A stretch of DNA of 64,000 nucleotides. Source: the human T2T-CHM13v2.0 reference genome, Homo sapiens. Both the position numbers and the translations under genes were made by a program. Below the pieces are notes generated by a model. That model made no database searches and was not told the DNA's origin. It saw only the letters and a list, made by a program, of their open reading frames with translations. How positions within the stretch are numbered: position 1 is the stretch's first letter; each line of letters opens with the position of its first letter. This document shows, piece after piece, positions 1 through 20,910 of this stretch. The stretch is taken from the NCBI RefSeq assembly GCF_009914755.1, contig NC_060928.1. The stretch is one strand, 5' to 3'.

Positions 1-434
1 CCAGGCACACTGTACGAGGAATCTAGGAACTGGAAAAGGAGCTAACACGTGGCGTCTATTCCCGCATGGGCCAAGGAACTTATAGCCTAATGGGAGGAGA
101 GACAGACATATGAAGATTTTATAATGCAGTGTGAAAAGTGGTATTACAGTGTTCAGAGCCAGGGGAGGTTTTATGGAAGAGCTGACAATTGAAGAAGCAA
201 TGAAGATGAGAAGGCACTCTGCCTTATTTATCTTTATAGTAATATTTCCTAAAGCATTGAGTGCAGTGTCCAACACATAGTAGGCACTCAGTAGTGAATT
301 GGATACTGATTTGCAAGCTGGACTTGTTTTCAACAACCATTCCTTCCTATGTTTCTTGTTATAGCTCCTCTACCTCTTTAGGGAGCTCCACAGGGACTCA
401 GTTCAAGTCCCTAATTCTCTTAGTGACAGTACAC

Positions 435-977
<543 letters not shown>

Positions 978-2209
978 TTATTTTTCATTTTGATACATTT
1001 TATGCTGAGTTCATTTATTAGAGTGCCACTTCACAAATAACTCAGTTACCTGCAAAAATAGAATTTTTCTGATTGACAGTGATCAAAAAGAAAAGGTGAC
1101 TTATTTTAGGAAAGATGTTGCTTTTTCTTCGCCTGCTCTTGCTTTAAAGAATGGATCATAAGGTTCTGGTTAATGTCATAAGGAGCTCACATGTATTTTG
1201 CTAATTATAAGTCATGCTTCTCAGTGACCCTTTTAACTGTTAAAATGACCTCCAGATTCTGATTTTTCTTCACTCTTTATTAATGGTTAACAAACTGTTT
1301 AATGCGCGGTAGGAAAGCCAAGTAAGCCTGAAGCATTTAGAAAATGGCATGTGAATTAGTTGTAAACTGTTTCAGTAAACATTAAATGGGTGGCAATTAC
1401 TTAAAGTGATTGCCTAAGTTTCATTAAAGTATTTAAAAGAAAAAATATGTGCTTAATGCTGCCTTAATTATAAGGAACTTACTACAGTAGCTTCCATCTA
1501 GGGTTTACCAAATTAGCCTAATTCATAACCTCACCCAGGGCATTGTATGCACATGCATTTTATACACATTTCTGATTTCCCCCTTCACCCCATGCCTCAC
1601 TGAGACTCAGACCTGGTAATCTGTGTTTTTAATTATTTAAGGTGAATCGCTGATGAGACCTGGTTGGAAAACACAGGTGTTGTCTGGTTAAAAGCTTGGT
1701 TTTGATTTTGCATTCAACAATTCAAAAAGCTCTTAAAGATACTTCAGTATAACTGGTTACCAAGGGTTAATTGTGGTGAATATAGAATGAGAGTAGCTGA
1801 GGAAATGGAAGTCTGTGATTTTTGATTGCCTTGTTAAATCGTCAACAGCAGCAGCACCACCATCATTGATTGGGTTATGGCAGGAAATGCTATAGTTAGA
1901 TTTGCTACAAATTAGTTTAGATAGAGAGTATGGGTGAAAATAAGGTAATCTTTTCAGATGTTGTCTGATAAATGGAAGCAGTGCATTCATGAGCAGAGCT
2001 GCAAAATAAATGTTGAGTACACCTTTGAAACAAGGTTGCCTACCGTGAATTATAGCAAACAAACGGAAGTATTCTCAAGGTGTGTGGAATCAATAAAAAC
2101 CAAAGTGTCAAGATGCAAAGAGCAGTCAGCTTGTATAGGTGCCCACAACTACTAATCATAACTTGATAGGTGTGGAAAGAACTGCTGAATACCCTCCCTC
2201 TTACACTGC

Positions 2210-2575
2210 CCCAACTATGGCACTGCCCTAGATAGCCTTCTAAAACACACACCTGATTCTGCCACTCCCTGCTTGCAGCCCTCAATACTTTTCTATTCAT
2301 ATGATAGGATAAAGTCTAAATGCCTTATCAAAGTATATAGGGCCATTCAGGATTTATCTACTATATACTCTTATAGTCTTCTTTCTCTTCTCTTGCCACA
2401 TTTTCATGTTATATGCTCAAGCCAACTGAAGTCTATACTTGTAGGCTTCCGAAGTGCTTTGAGAAAAAAAATCATATACCACATTGTTCTGTTATAGACC
2501 CTAACACAGTGCCTAGTAGGGGCTCAATATACATAGTAGTTGTTTAATAAATGTTTATTGACAAATGAATAAATC
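2210..2575 (+). mobile_element. L2 3' fragment
   Basis: Degenerate L2 end: cagtgcctagtaggggctcaata...aaatgaataaat. Confidence 0.55.
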
Positions 2576-2697
2576 AAAACACAATTACTGTAATGATCTC
2601 ATTACATGTGGATTTTTCCCTTTTGGGATATAAGCCCATCCAGAGCACTATAGTGTGCACAGTTACTGGCACATAATAGTCATTAAGAGTTTATGGA

Positions 2698-9228
<6,531 letters not shown>

Positions 9229-10840
9229 CAGTTTGTGAATTTATCAATAACCTGATAGAATTACAGACTGCAGTGCGTACTCATAAGGAACTCTTATTTA
9301 TTCATGCTGTTGAAGGGAGATTGGATAAGCTAGACATATTAAATAATAGTATGTTTGATTTTCTTGGAGTTTATAAAGTTATCAAGCTGAACAGTAACTA
9401 TCTGAATCTTGAGAGACTGGAAATTTGGCTGACTTCTTTTAGGTTTCTTCCTTTCCCACAGAATTCTTTGTTTCTCCCTCTATTCTGTGCCAATTGGTAT
9501 CAGACCTAAAACTGATGCAGACCCTGTGGATTTAGGCAGAGCTGACCTGTCCAGAGTTACTCTCCTAATAGTTTACAGCCCACCTAGGTTTAGAAGACAG
9601 TTGTTTTGAACTATATAATTACTTTGGCTTGAGTTGGATTCTCTAGGAAAACAAAAAATAGACAAAAGACATTGAATAGTGATTACAGTTTTTAATCATA
9701 GTTTTATTATGATAAGAAACTGAAAGGATGCAAAAGAGTTGGTCATACTTACCTGGATTCAGGTCAAGCCATTGCCAAGCCATGGTACAGGCACTGATGT
9801 GGACCTTTTTCAATAGAGGCAGAGAAGACTTAATTTTCAGACTGGGCTCTAAGTACTTCTGGGGTTGAGTACAGTATAAATATATTTACCTGAAACATCC
9901 CTTTTATTTGGGTATTTGGAAAGAGTATTTTTATAATAAGGTAAACCTAGAACTATTAATTTTAAATATGAAATGTGAAAGTCTTTAAAGACAAAGTATG
10001 GAGGTTTACAGAGATATTTTGAGGCTGGGTGGATGCCTTAGTTATTCTGTCTGATTAAAGTGTTGAAGAACACACACATTATACTAAAGTATTGGTTTGT
10101 AACATGGAAGATTTAATGACCATAGCATAGACATTAAGTCTTTGTTTTTTGAGTTAATCACTGAGGGAAACTGAAGTTCCATTTCACCACTTCCTGGGTA
10201 GTGACAGTGGTACAATCTTTAGCTTCACTTTGTTGCATAAGAAACCAGTTAGGATCCAAAGCTGCAAAGAAAGATGCATTTCTGCCTTTAAGAACAAGTT
10301 TAAATCATGAACTGCTTTATTTAGAGCCAGTTGGAGGTAGCATACTGCTGGCAATTCCAAACCATTTAAAAAACAAAAGTTATGGTTATTAATTTTTGAA
10401 GCCACAAAAGCATGAATCAACATTATAGCAGTGTCAGTATCTCAGTAGGAACTAGTTTCAACTGAACTGTGGCAGCAAAATAAATGTTTGCAGATTGTTT
10501 TGACAAAATGTCATCCTCTGGGCTTCAATTTATTTGCCAACAGCCTTACTTTTGAAAAAGTCTTGCTGCGCTTGAAGTTTAGAAGAAAACCCTCCCTCTG
10601 AACATTCTGGACCTTAACAAATAACTCTATCTGCAAGCATTTGTAATGTGGATCTGCAAATGTTTTAATAGGAATGGAATATGTTGCTAAGAGATGTGTC
10701 TGTAAACATCTGTTTGACATATTTCACCATGGTGGAGATTAGGGATCCCTGGTACCCCTGGTGGTACAGGCCGTTTTTTTAAAAACAGAATTCACATGTG
10801 GTTTTTGAAAATTACTTATTTATTTATTATGATTTTTAAA

Positions 10841-11172
10841 AATTTAATTTAAAGTTCCAGATACATGTGCCAAATGCGCAAGTTTGTTACACAAGTAAAT
10901 GTGTGCCATAGTAGTTTGCTGCACCTATCAACCCATCACGTAGGTATTAAGCCCTGCATGTATTAGCTATTTATCTTGATGCTCTCCCTCCCCTCACCTC
11001 CACAGTCCCCAGTGTGTGTTGTTTCCTTCCCTGTGTTCCACATGTTCTCATTGTTCAGCTCCTTCTTATAAGTGAGAACATGCGGTGTTTGGTTTTCTGT
11101 TCCTGCGTTAGTTTGCTGAGGATAATGGCTTTGAGCTCCATCCATGTCCCTGCAAAGGACATGATCTCATTC
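10841..11172 (-). mobile_element. 5'-truncated older L1PA 3' end
   Basis: Reverse-complement L1 3' UTR and ORF2 end (gtgagaacatgcggtgtttggttttctg). Confidence 0.9.
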
Positions 11173-11301
11173 TATGAATTTTTTTAAAGAGATAGAATCT
11201 TGCTGTATTTCTCAGGCTGGACTTGAACTCCTGAGCTCAAGCAGTCCTCCAGCCTCAGCCACTCAAGTAACAGGCTACAGGCGTGCACCAGTATGTCAGG
11301 C
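11173..11301 (-). mobile_element. FLAM / free Alu monomer
   Basis: gagatagaatcttgctgt...caggctggacttgaactcctgagctcaagcag. Confidence 0.8.
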
Positions 11302-11345
11302 TCACATGTGTTTATAAAGTTCTCTAGACAGGGCTGTAACAGGGT

Positions 11346-11351
11346 TGTGTG

Positions 11352-11385
<34 letters not shown>
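11346..11385 (+). repeat. (TG)n microsatellite
   Basis: TG run with one CG interruption. Confidence 0.97.
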
Positions 11386-11389
<4 letters not shown>

Positions 11390-12009
11390 GTCAGATGATT
11401 TTATTCGTATTTTTCTAGTGTTCACCCATCATTTGAAGCTTAGGCACATGCAACTCTAGGAGGTGAGTTTAGTCCCTGAAATGAGTATCTTTTTTGAAAG
11501 TTGCTTGACAAGTGTGAAGAAAATCATTTTCCAAAGCATTAACGTCAATTTTATACAAAATTCTGCCTGCGTGTGTTTATATGCATTTCATCTGACTCTT
11601 AAACAGATCTATAACTCCCAAAGTTAGAACTGACAAATTTATAGGCTAAGTTGTTTGAGCTCTGGAATGAATTTAGATAGTTCTTAAAGCCATTTAAAAT
11701 CAGAAGAAAATAAATTAAAAGGAATAGAAGGGATGGCTTGTTGAAAAGTAAAGGAATAATGGCTCAATCCCAAGCTTAGTGTAGGAAAAGTTTAATACTC
11801 ATTGCAAAGTATTTGGTAATATATAGTCCTTGGATATTTTAAAAAGAAAAACAAGCATTGTTATTATCAAGATTTTAACATGCCTCATTTTCAAAGAGTT
11901 CAAACCAATGGCTAGATATGTTTTTGAAATCTCCTGTTTGGACAGTGGGATTTAGAAGGGTGCCCTATGTTCACAAATACAGTAGAAATAGAAATGATGG
12001 GGGAAGCAC

Positions 12010-12220
12010 ACTATAGCAGGAAGAGTACGGACTTTATGGTCAGACAAAGCTACATAACTGCTAAGTCTAGATCTCCCCACTACTAGATATGTGATCTGGG
12101 TAATGTATGCAATAACCTCATTGAATACATATCATATATGAATATAGAAATAATACTTAGGTTATGGGAATGTTCTGAGGATTAAAGGAGATATGTTCAT
12201 AATAAGCGCTATTTATTAAT
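12010..12220 (+). mobile_element. MIR fragment
   Basis: Degenerate core actactagatatgtgatctgggt...ttctgaggattaaa. Confidence 0.55.
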
Positions 12221-15200
12221 AGATGTTCTTATTAAGTAATATTTCTAATCTAGTGTCCTTACCAAATTGCTTGGCCAGGAAAAAATAGAAAGCAAGCTGT
12301 GAAGAATCTCTTCAATAAACCTCATAACTGTCTTTTGAAGAGGTCTTGCAAGTGGTGATGAATTGAAAGAATAAAAATAAAACTTGTGATAATGGAAAAT
12401 AGAAGTATAAGTTTTGGAAGAAAAGACTGCAGTGGATGTGTAGCTCAGTTTGTACACACCCCAAATAACATTGGAAAGCCAAGTTATTGTTCTCAAAGTC
12501 TTTGCTCATTTTAAATAGTAATAGATTCAAGATAGAGGAGAAACTGATTTCTGAAGTGAGCTTGATTTCAGCATGTAAAAGGATACATTCTTTTGACTTA
12601 GTTCAGAACATGCTAATTTCATAGGCAAATTAACCAATTGTCATTCACGGCAGGACATACCATGCAGACATTTCAGAACAATTTTAATTGCAGTTGACAT
12701 TTTTGAAATGAATTCTTGGACATAAACATCTATATGACATGGATGTGTCACTGTAGGAGAAAATTTAGTGTTAGCTGATTTAATAGCTAAAGAATACATT
12801 TTAATATTTAGGCATATTTTATATTAGTGACCAAAGAAAAAAACCAATTAGAAATTGACTTTCAGAATTCTGTTTAGGGAATTCATTTAGCTGACATCAC
12901 AAGTAACTCTTAAATAGCCCCTTTGGTGTGTTTTAAAGTAGGATTAGGTGAATATAACATTACAAGAACTAGGCATTGGCCAGCTTTTCTTTGAGTATAC
13001 AAGACAGAAGTTTAGAGTTTACTTAACTATAATTTATTTTTATGTAAACCAGTAATGGAGTCTGTAAAAATATTTAGGTTCTTGTTCTGAAAAATTAAGT
13101 TTTTTTTTTTTTTTTTAAGGAACATGGTTAATGGCTGATTTACATGTGTTATTTTGACATGAGTTTTGTTCTATTGTAGTAGAGAATTAGACTTCCTAAC
13201 ATCTCCACTATGCAAGAGTAGAGAGTGGCTGGACATATCTTAGGCTATAACAATCTTAATATGTGTGTGTTTTGGGTGCAGCTCAGAGATAACCAATGTT
13301 GTTTAATATTCATTGGTGTCTCTTGGATTGCTGATTCTGTTTTGTTTTTAAGTCAGATTACTACTTAAAGAGGAAAACTTAAATGGATATCAATAGGATC
13401 TGTGAATCAAAACTTGTTCTGTACATAAAACATCTAGATTCATTTCAGTAAGTTACCCTTGTGCATAGCTTAGTTCCTTTCACCACATATTCTTTTTATC
13501 TGTGAACCATCGTGCATATTTTTCCTTTTCATTCTGTCTTTGGAAATCCTCATTCTATTCATGTGCTTTATTTTTCCATTGGATTTTCAGGTTTACTTAG
13601 GTCTCTGGAGTTGGTTATATGCCTTTACCTCTTTAGGTCACTTTCACTGAGGTTTATCTATCTTGGCCACGATTGATTGGAAATTCATTGAAAAATTCAT
13701 TCATTATGCAACTTCTTTAGGTAGTTGTTATTTAAATACTGCTAGTTAGTGCTCACTACACATCTTTGACTAAATAACAGGGTAAATAAAGGGTGAGAAT
13801 ATTTCTTGGCATTATTTTTTCCCTCTAAGAATGTCAGATTCAGTTTTTTCAATCTTTGTATTGAAAATTTGTTGGTATTACTTCTCAAAGAAAAGATGAG
13901 ATCAAAAGTGCCAGAATCAATAATACATCAGTAGATTGCTTAATATAATAGCATTATCTGGTCTTTCTGAATATAATTTTATAAGCCAGAATCGCAAAAT
14001 TTGATTCCTCCAGCCATGGATGTACCTTTAGTATTCTCTTCACTCTTCCTGTTGTTATTATATGTCAAAAAGTTGGGGAAGCTGAGTCAGAGGGAGAAGG
14101 AGGGATTTGCTCTGTCAGAATTGAAGCTGAGCACCAGATTCTGGTCTTATAATTCGGATCCCATCACTCCACCTGTGATTACTGTTGACTCAGGGCTGTA
14201 TTATCTCATGAAGTGAGTTCCCTGTGCTGCCACTAGATAGGAGTGCATTTGCAGAATCCCATCTTTTGAAATGAATGTGACGAAGATCCATTTTCTCTGA
14301 GGATATAGGAATCAGCTGCTGCAAACACTTCATTGATTACTTGGGGGAAGGATTGGAGGGTCTTTAGTATCTTATGTGAATTCTCCTAAAACTTATTGGG
14401 AACAATCCCTTCCCCTTCCACACCACTTGCAAGCAACAGCACTTCTTTAATTCATTTTCATATTACTAGACAACTTAGGTATTCATATTTAATATCTGCC
14501 TTGAGCTTTAGGTTCTTTGACTCCTACATATCAACACTGGGTTGCTTTTATCTCAGCTTACCCTAGCTTTTCAGTCTTAAATTGACAGCGTGACCTCAAG
14601 TCTTCCTTCTGGTCCCTTCAGATTTGCTGTTGAAATTTGCTGCTCTGGCATTTGCACTGTGGCCTCCTCTTGTGGATTTTGGCTTATCTCGTTCATCAGG
14701 CCCAGAGCACCTTCCACTGCATTTGTAGGAGTTCCCTGACTCATTCTTTATACATTTCTATAACTGAATCTCAGACACCCCACTTTGCTGAAGATTTTTC
14801 CTGCCCTTCTCACGAAAGAGAGGTGGCAGAGGGATTTGGACAATTTTCAGGTGAATGCGTAATCTCTACTTTACAAGGTTGCTAAAGCGTTTTACCAGTG
14901 TAATTCTAAGAAAGCCAGATTTGAGCTTATGCAGGTCTTAAAGAGTGTCATAAATAGTCAAAAGTGTTTCCAAACTAGCTTAAGCTGGTACTTGATGGAT
15001 CTAAACAAGGGGTTGTCTGAGAAGGCAAAGGAATCTAAGTTTTATGATCGATAGTTAATTAATTGGAAATTCTTCACCCAGTTAAGGAATAGCCAAGCCT
15101 TACACGTTACCCCAAGCCTTAGAAGTGACTAAATACTTTCTCTAACAGTTCTTTCTGAACAGGATGCTGTTAATAATCAATCTCTTTTGAAATGGCACTT

Positions 15201-15769
15201 ACTTATCTCGCCACTGATGAACTGAGGTTATCTCTAGATGCCTTGAAGTGTTATATATAGGCTTCTAATATAAGGGATTAAGAAATGTTGTAGAGATAGA
15301 ATATAGTGAAAGCGGATTGTGTCAAAGGGGGTGAATTCTTTACTTTTGTCAGTATTACTCTGTAGAATGCATAAGTTTATTTGTAGCACACTTCAATAGA
15401 AAATTAATATCCTTAGCCAGCCCACATACCCACTCTAATCTAGGTTTTCTATCAGCTTTGTGTAGTTAAGTGATATGAATAATTTAGAAGGAAGTTTATT
15501 TCTATAACAAATTATGAACCTCTGCGTTAAAAGTTGGTCCTAAAAACTTAGCTGATTCAATTTTATTATTTACTGAGAATGGATTTAGCATATCTCTGTT
15601 GGTCATTTGGGAAGGTGCTTAATGAGGAAAAGCATCAACATTTACTTGTGTTTATATTTAGACTCTTGTCATTCATATGCCATTTCTCAAGCAGTCGAAC
15701 TCAGTTTCTACAAGTGGTCTTTCAGCTTCTGGCCTGGTTTTTAGGTCTTTGCTGATTAGTAGACATATG

Positions 15770-16137
15770 TTGCTGGTGTGCTGCTGTGTGCTGCTACCAC
15801 AGAATACCACAGACTTGGTAATTTGTAAAGATCAGACATTTATTGGCTCACCCCCAGTTCTGGAGGGTGAGAAATCCACCATCAAGGTTCTGGCATCTGG
15901 GGAGGGCCTGCTTGGAGTGTCATAATATGGCAGAAGGCATCACAAAGCAGAGGGGCAAAGAAGGCAAAAGAGAGCAAGAGGGGGTGAATCCATTCCCCAG
16001 ATAATGTATTAGTATATTCCTGGGGGCAGAACCCTCATGACATAAACACCTCTTCAAGGTTTGACCTCCCAATCCTACCACGATGGCAATTAAATTTCCA
16101 CTGAGTTTTGGATGGAAAAAACTTCTAAACCATAGCA
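15770..16137 (+). mobile_element. MaLR solo LTR (MST/MLT1A-type)
   Basis: acagaataccacagacttggtaattt...ttctggagg...aaaccatagca. Confidence 0.85.
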
Positions 16138-18072
16138 CAAGGCAAATGAAGCATTATGTTGTCTGAGAACAGTGAAACTATAGATGTCAAGTAGGAAGTG
16201 TTGGAGGATCTGTTATATTTATTTTTTCTTTACTGAGAATATAATTAAACTTCACAAAAGTTGAGGATCACTGCCACTAATTTTGGACCCTCAACTCAGA
16301 ACAGATCTAAATAAGACAGAAAAGAAGAAAACCTTATTGTAGAATCTTGTTGACATTTCTGTATTACATTCAGAGTTCCAGCAAAATCTTTAGAGCGTTA
16401 ATACATCTGTGGGGAATGTCACCTTTTTTCAAATAAGAAAGAACAGGCATCCATGTAACATTTCCTTGAGGCCTCCATTCCTCTCCCGATTTTAAAAGAA
16501 ATTGTATTTTTAAACCACACTTCTCAGTATTGCTATCCAGGTAATATGGGTAGAATTTTTTTGGCAATGTGGGGATGAAGTCAGAAGTCCTAAAGATTCT
16601 TTAAGGTTCGGTGCCTCTATATTCTTATGCATTTTGACAGAGAGTCTATAGGAAGGAGAATGTCTTCTTTTGTATGTGAAAGCATCCAATGGCAGCATTA
16701 GTGTGGCGCTTGTGACAGTAATATTGGAGCTATATATTTAGCTACTCTCTATAGCAAATAGTTGCACTCGAACAAATCTGTAGAGTTTATTTTGGGAATC
16801 TTGAAGATTTCCTAATGTTGATGAGAATTGAGTCTGACTTTAGAAACCTCGGGGTATAAATTGTTCTGATAATTGGTCCAAGTTGAACCTGGAGAAAATG
16901 CTGATGTGTTCACTCTTAAGCAGAGTGATTCATCATGTAAACCTTATCATAGCAGCTCTGGCAGAAGGGAGAGAAGTGATGTAGGGAGTGAGAAATTAAA
17001 AGTAACTGGAAATGGTGGTTATAACATGCACAAGAAACTTTCAGGTCCTTCAGGAAAAGGTTGCTGGGTAGCCATATTCTTTACCATTTCAATTAATAAG
17101 TGTTTTCTGTTCTGTTTATAGAAAGTGTCCTTTCTTTCCATGCAACTTGCTTGAAATTCCCTTGACCCTCATCCCCATTGTTCTATGCCCATGGGATTAT
17201 TTTTTGGCTTTCGTGGCTTCCCAGTTAAGTAGCGTTCAGAACCATGGCCAGTCCTGGTTCAGAACTGGCTATTCTAGTCCCTAAACAGCAGTAAAGGCAA
17301 GTGCTGTAAGATTATGTTTGTGTTGAACATATTTTTGAGAAAGATAATTGAGATTCTGCAGTTTCAAATATTGTAAGGAAGTGTGTGGCACTAATTTGAC
17401 ATGACTATTCTCAATTTAGCAACTAAAAAACCTTAATTGGCTTGTTTTCCTTATAAATATGATTTTAATGCTAATTTTAGAAAATTTAGAACTTGCACAT
17501 AAAGAAAACAAGGAAAATGAGAATCATCAGTAATTCTTCCACTTAAGGATAATAATTGTTAACATTTAGTGTATGTCCTTCTGGTGGTTTTTTTTCTATA
17601 CATATTATATAAGTTAATAAGCCTGTTGTTGCAAGTGCAAGAAACTCATTTAGAACTGGAATAAACAAACAACAAGAAAGAATTTTTTTATTCACTAAAG
17701 GAAGGATCTGGGTATAGCTGGGTTTTTGGGGAAAGTAATTTGATCTGAACAAAAGGCTACAAGAAGCTAAACACAACAACTAGAAGTAATGATTATTTAG
17801 ATACTTAAGGCACTGGGTACCTTGTAATTTTAACAAGGCAGATATGCCCTGGTGGTTAAATGTGGGTGAATGGATGGGGTTGCATGAATTCCTCTTTTTT
17901 GAGTCCTCACTTAGCTTTTCTTCTGGAAATTCTCTGGCATGTGATATGTGTCAAAAGACGTAATTTGGGTCTCAATCAGGACAGCACAATGTTCTGAACT
18001 CTGTACTTACCCCCAAAATTCCTGTTATCCATTATGTCCATCTAGACTTCTTTGTCTCCTGGTTTTGTTTTC

Positions 18073-18176
18073 ACTACTGTGTTGTTTTGGCATCCCCAAA
18101 CTACTGTGTTGTTTTGGCATCCCCAAACTACTGTGTTGTTTTGGCATCCCCAAACTACTGTGTTGTTTTGGCATCC
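18073..18176 (+). repeat. 27-bp minisatellite, ~3.9 identical copies
   Basis: (actactgtgttgttttggcatccccaa)n starting at 18073, 18100, 18127 and 18154. Confidence 0.97.
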
Positions 18177-19616
18177 TTGGGAACGTTGGGAGTTGACATC
18201 CTTGGCAGAGTATTGAGAGTTTCATGCTTGACTCTGATGATGGTGTCTGTGATGCGGTACCCCTTCCAGGTGTTTTTTTGCAGATAGAGGGCATCAACAG
18301 AGGGCTGTAGCCAAAAGAATCAATATGTGTGAAACATCCCTTGGGGACCCAGCAAATTCTTGGGATGTTAATTTATTAGGGGGAATGCAGTCTTACGATA
18401 TGCAGATGGCGCAATTGGGTGATTACCGTTTCTGTGAACCTATTTCTTCTCAAAGCCTCATGAATACCATGCAAACTTGGATTAAGTGAGGAAAATGGTA
18501 TCATGGAAGGTGAAATTCGGAAAAAGTCAAAATGTTTAGTTTCATCATTAGTTTAGTTACTTAGTCTAGGTCACCATTGAGGCTGCTAAAAACTAAATGA
18601 TTGATTTGAATTTTACTTTTCTCTCTGATAGTCTTGGAATATTGAAATAATATTAATAATATGCTTAATATAATTACAATTAATATAATTGGGATAATTA
18701 ATAAAAGAAGCAGCAGACCAAAAAGGCTGTGGGCCAATAATTTTTTAAACATGGAATTTCATGGACCAAACTTACTTTACTGCTGTACCATCATTGAGAC
18801 TACCCCTTTGAGAATGGCTTAGCAGCGTTTTAAAAAGAAAGATACATATTTACATCACTGACAGAAATCCTCGTTTTAATTTTTTAACCCACTGCTTTGG
18901 CAGAAGTTAGGAAAGAACTACACAGAATAAGTTATAGAATACAAGGAGTACTACCTTTATGTTCTAAAGAATTCTAAGTATCTTATAGATATGACCTGAA
19001 TCCATGTAACGTTTTTGTAATGTAAACCCCAGGTAGATTATTTTTCTACATTTTTAAGATAAAAAGCTACGGTACAGATATTTCTTAAAAATGTCTGAGT
19101 AAACTCTAGTTTTTATCACCACTTGCTGGCTGAAATTGAACTTACTCTGCTCCTAACTAAGGTAGTTTGATAATATTATGAAACTCAGGCTCTTAATGCT
19201 GTTGACTCTCTATAGCTGAATAATAATATCATGGCATATTAAGGATAATTTGTGATAATTGACAGCTTTTCTTGAGTGGGAGCTTATTAATACTTGGATA
19301 CCTAAATATGTTTAAAATTATCTATTTTAATGAATACTACTTGGCTGTTTCAGTTTCTTAGCTAATTTGAAAGAGAAAAAGTAACTGTCTAATTTACTTG
19401 TCTATAGCTTGCTAACATGTAAATTGATGGTAATTTTCTGGATTGGTTGGGGTAAAGGTATGTTAAGGCATGAAGAAAATCTAGGTAACTTGTACACATC
19501 TCTCCAAAACTTGGATTCCATTAAAAAAAAAGGTTGTTCAATGCAATTAGTTTGGTGATACACTTAACACATGGAAATTAGCTCTACTTTAACCTGTTAA
19601 AATGGAATAATAGGAG

Positions 19617-20150
19617 GGTATATCAGGACTGTTGGTTGCAAATGGCAGAAAATTTAGCTCAGATTGCTTTAAAACAATTTTGCTTTTAATTTAAATTGTA
19701 ATTGTCAAGTATGATTGAAACATAGCTGACTTCAGGCATGGGTGGATCTAGGCATTAGAAACCTACATCTGCCTTGCTTCTGAGTTATTACATGTTTAAT
19801 TTATTCTTAGGTAGACTCTTCCCTTAGAGTTGCAAGATGGCCATCTGTACTTCATAGCTTTTATTGCCATTTTAGCCTCTCAGCATAATGATTAATTTCT
19901 TAGTAGTTCTAGCAAAAGGCTGACATTTATTTACTCTGTTTCACCTATATCAGGTCAACTGCCCACTCAAAAATGAATTGCTGTGTGTGGCAAGAAGTTG
20001 TGATATTCTCATTGCTCAGACCTGGGTCATAGGGCCTTGTGGATTAAACCAAATGGTTATACAAGTATAAAGATGGTTCTCCAGAAGAAAATGGGATGCT
20101 GTCATTAGAAAAAGAGCTTAAAGGTGGTTACTAACAGATGACCACTACAA
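19617..20150 (+). mobile_element. Old MLT1-type LTR
   Basis: ggttgcaaatggcagaaaa...gctgacttcaggcatgggtggatctagg resembles old MLT1 LTRs. Confidence 0.5.
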
Positions 20151-20599
20151 TGTGTGTGTGTGTTTGTGTGTATGTGTGTGTGTTTTAAACATTTATATGT
20201 TTATAAAACTTTATTCATTTAGTTATTCTCATTTCTTTTATTTATAAAGGTGAAAATGAAGTTTGAGGATTTTATATATATATTTAAGTGTGTTTTTAGA
20301 GTGTTACAGTGGTCTGGTAATTATTATTAATAAGAATGCACTACCTTATGTCTACTTAGCCTCCCTCCATGCCTCATGCCCCTTCTTCCCTTATTCTTGA
20401 TATCCTGGAATTGCACATCCCAATAAACATTAGCACATAAGCTTTGCCTGAGTTTCTACTTTCTGGGGAATATGAATGGAAAATGATATCTATCAGACTT
20501 ACTTAGGGGGCTGTTTCAAATGATAAATACACCACCGTGACAGTCCTTTGATACATTGTATGCTTCAAGTTTATAAGGATGAGAAAAGGTGTAACACCA

Positions 20600-20910
20600 C
20601 GACATTAGACTTAGAAATAGTTGACCTAAGTTTGATCCTAACTCTGCTACTTACTGTATGACATTGAGTAATTTGCTGAACCTCTCTGAGCCTCATTCCT
20701 TCATGTGGTCAACAAAGGGTCAGCATGATAACATGGGTTCTCAGGGAGGACTGCTTGGGGTGCCTGTGAATCATTAGGCAATTTACATGCATCTCCAAGC
20801 CTCAGTTTTCTCATGTGTAAAATGGAGATAGTAATACAATCTACCTAACAGGTTTGTTTTGAGGATTCAATGAGATTGTCATTCATGCGAAGCATTTGTA
20901 AAGTGCCTTA
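20600..20910 (+). mobile_element. MIR fragments
   Basis: Two cores: ctctgagcctcattcc and gcctcagttttctcatgtgtaaaatggagata. Confidence 0.7.

Noticed and set aside
18073-18176. CRISPR-like array or repeat-protein ORFs (LLCCFGIPK)n
   Set aside because: Units are contiguous with no spacers, the context is a eukaryotic intron, and the ORFs follow from a unit length divisible by 3.
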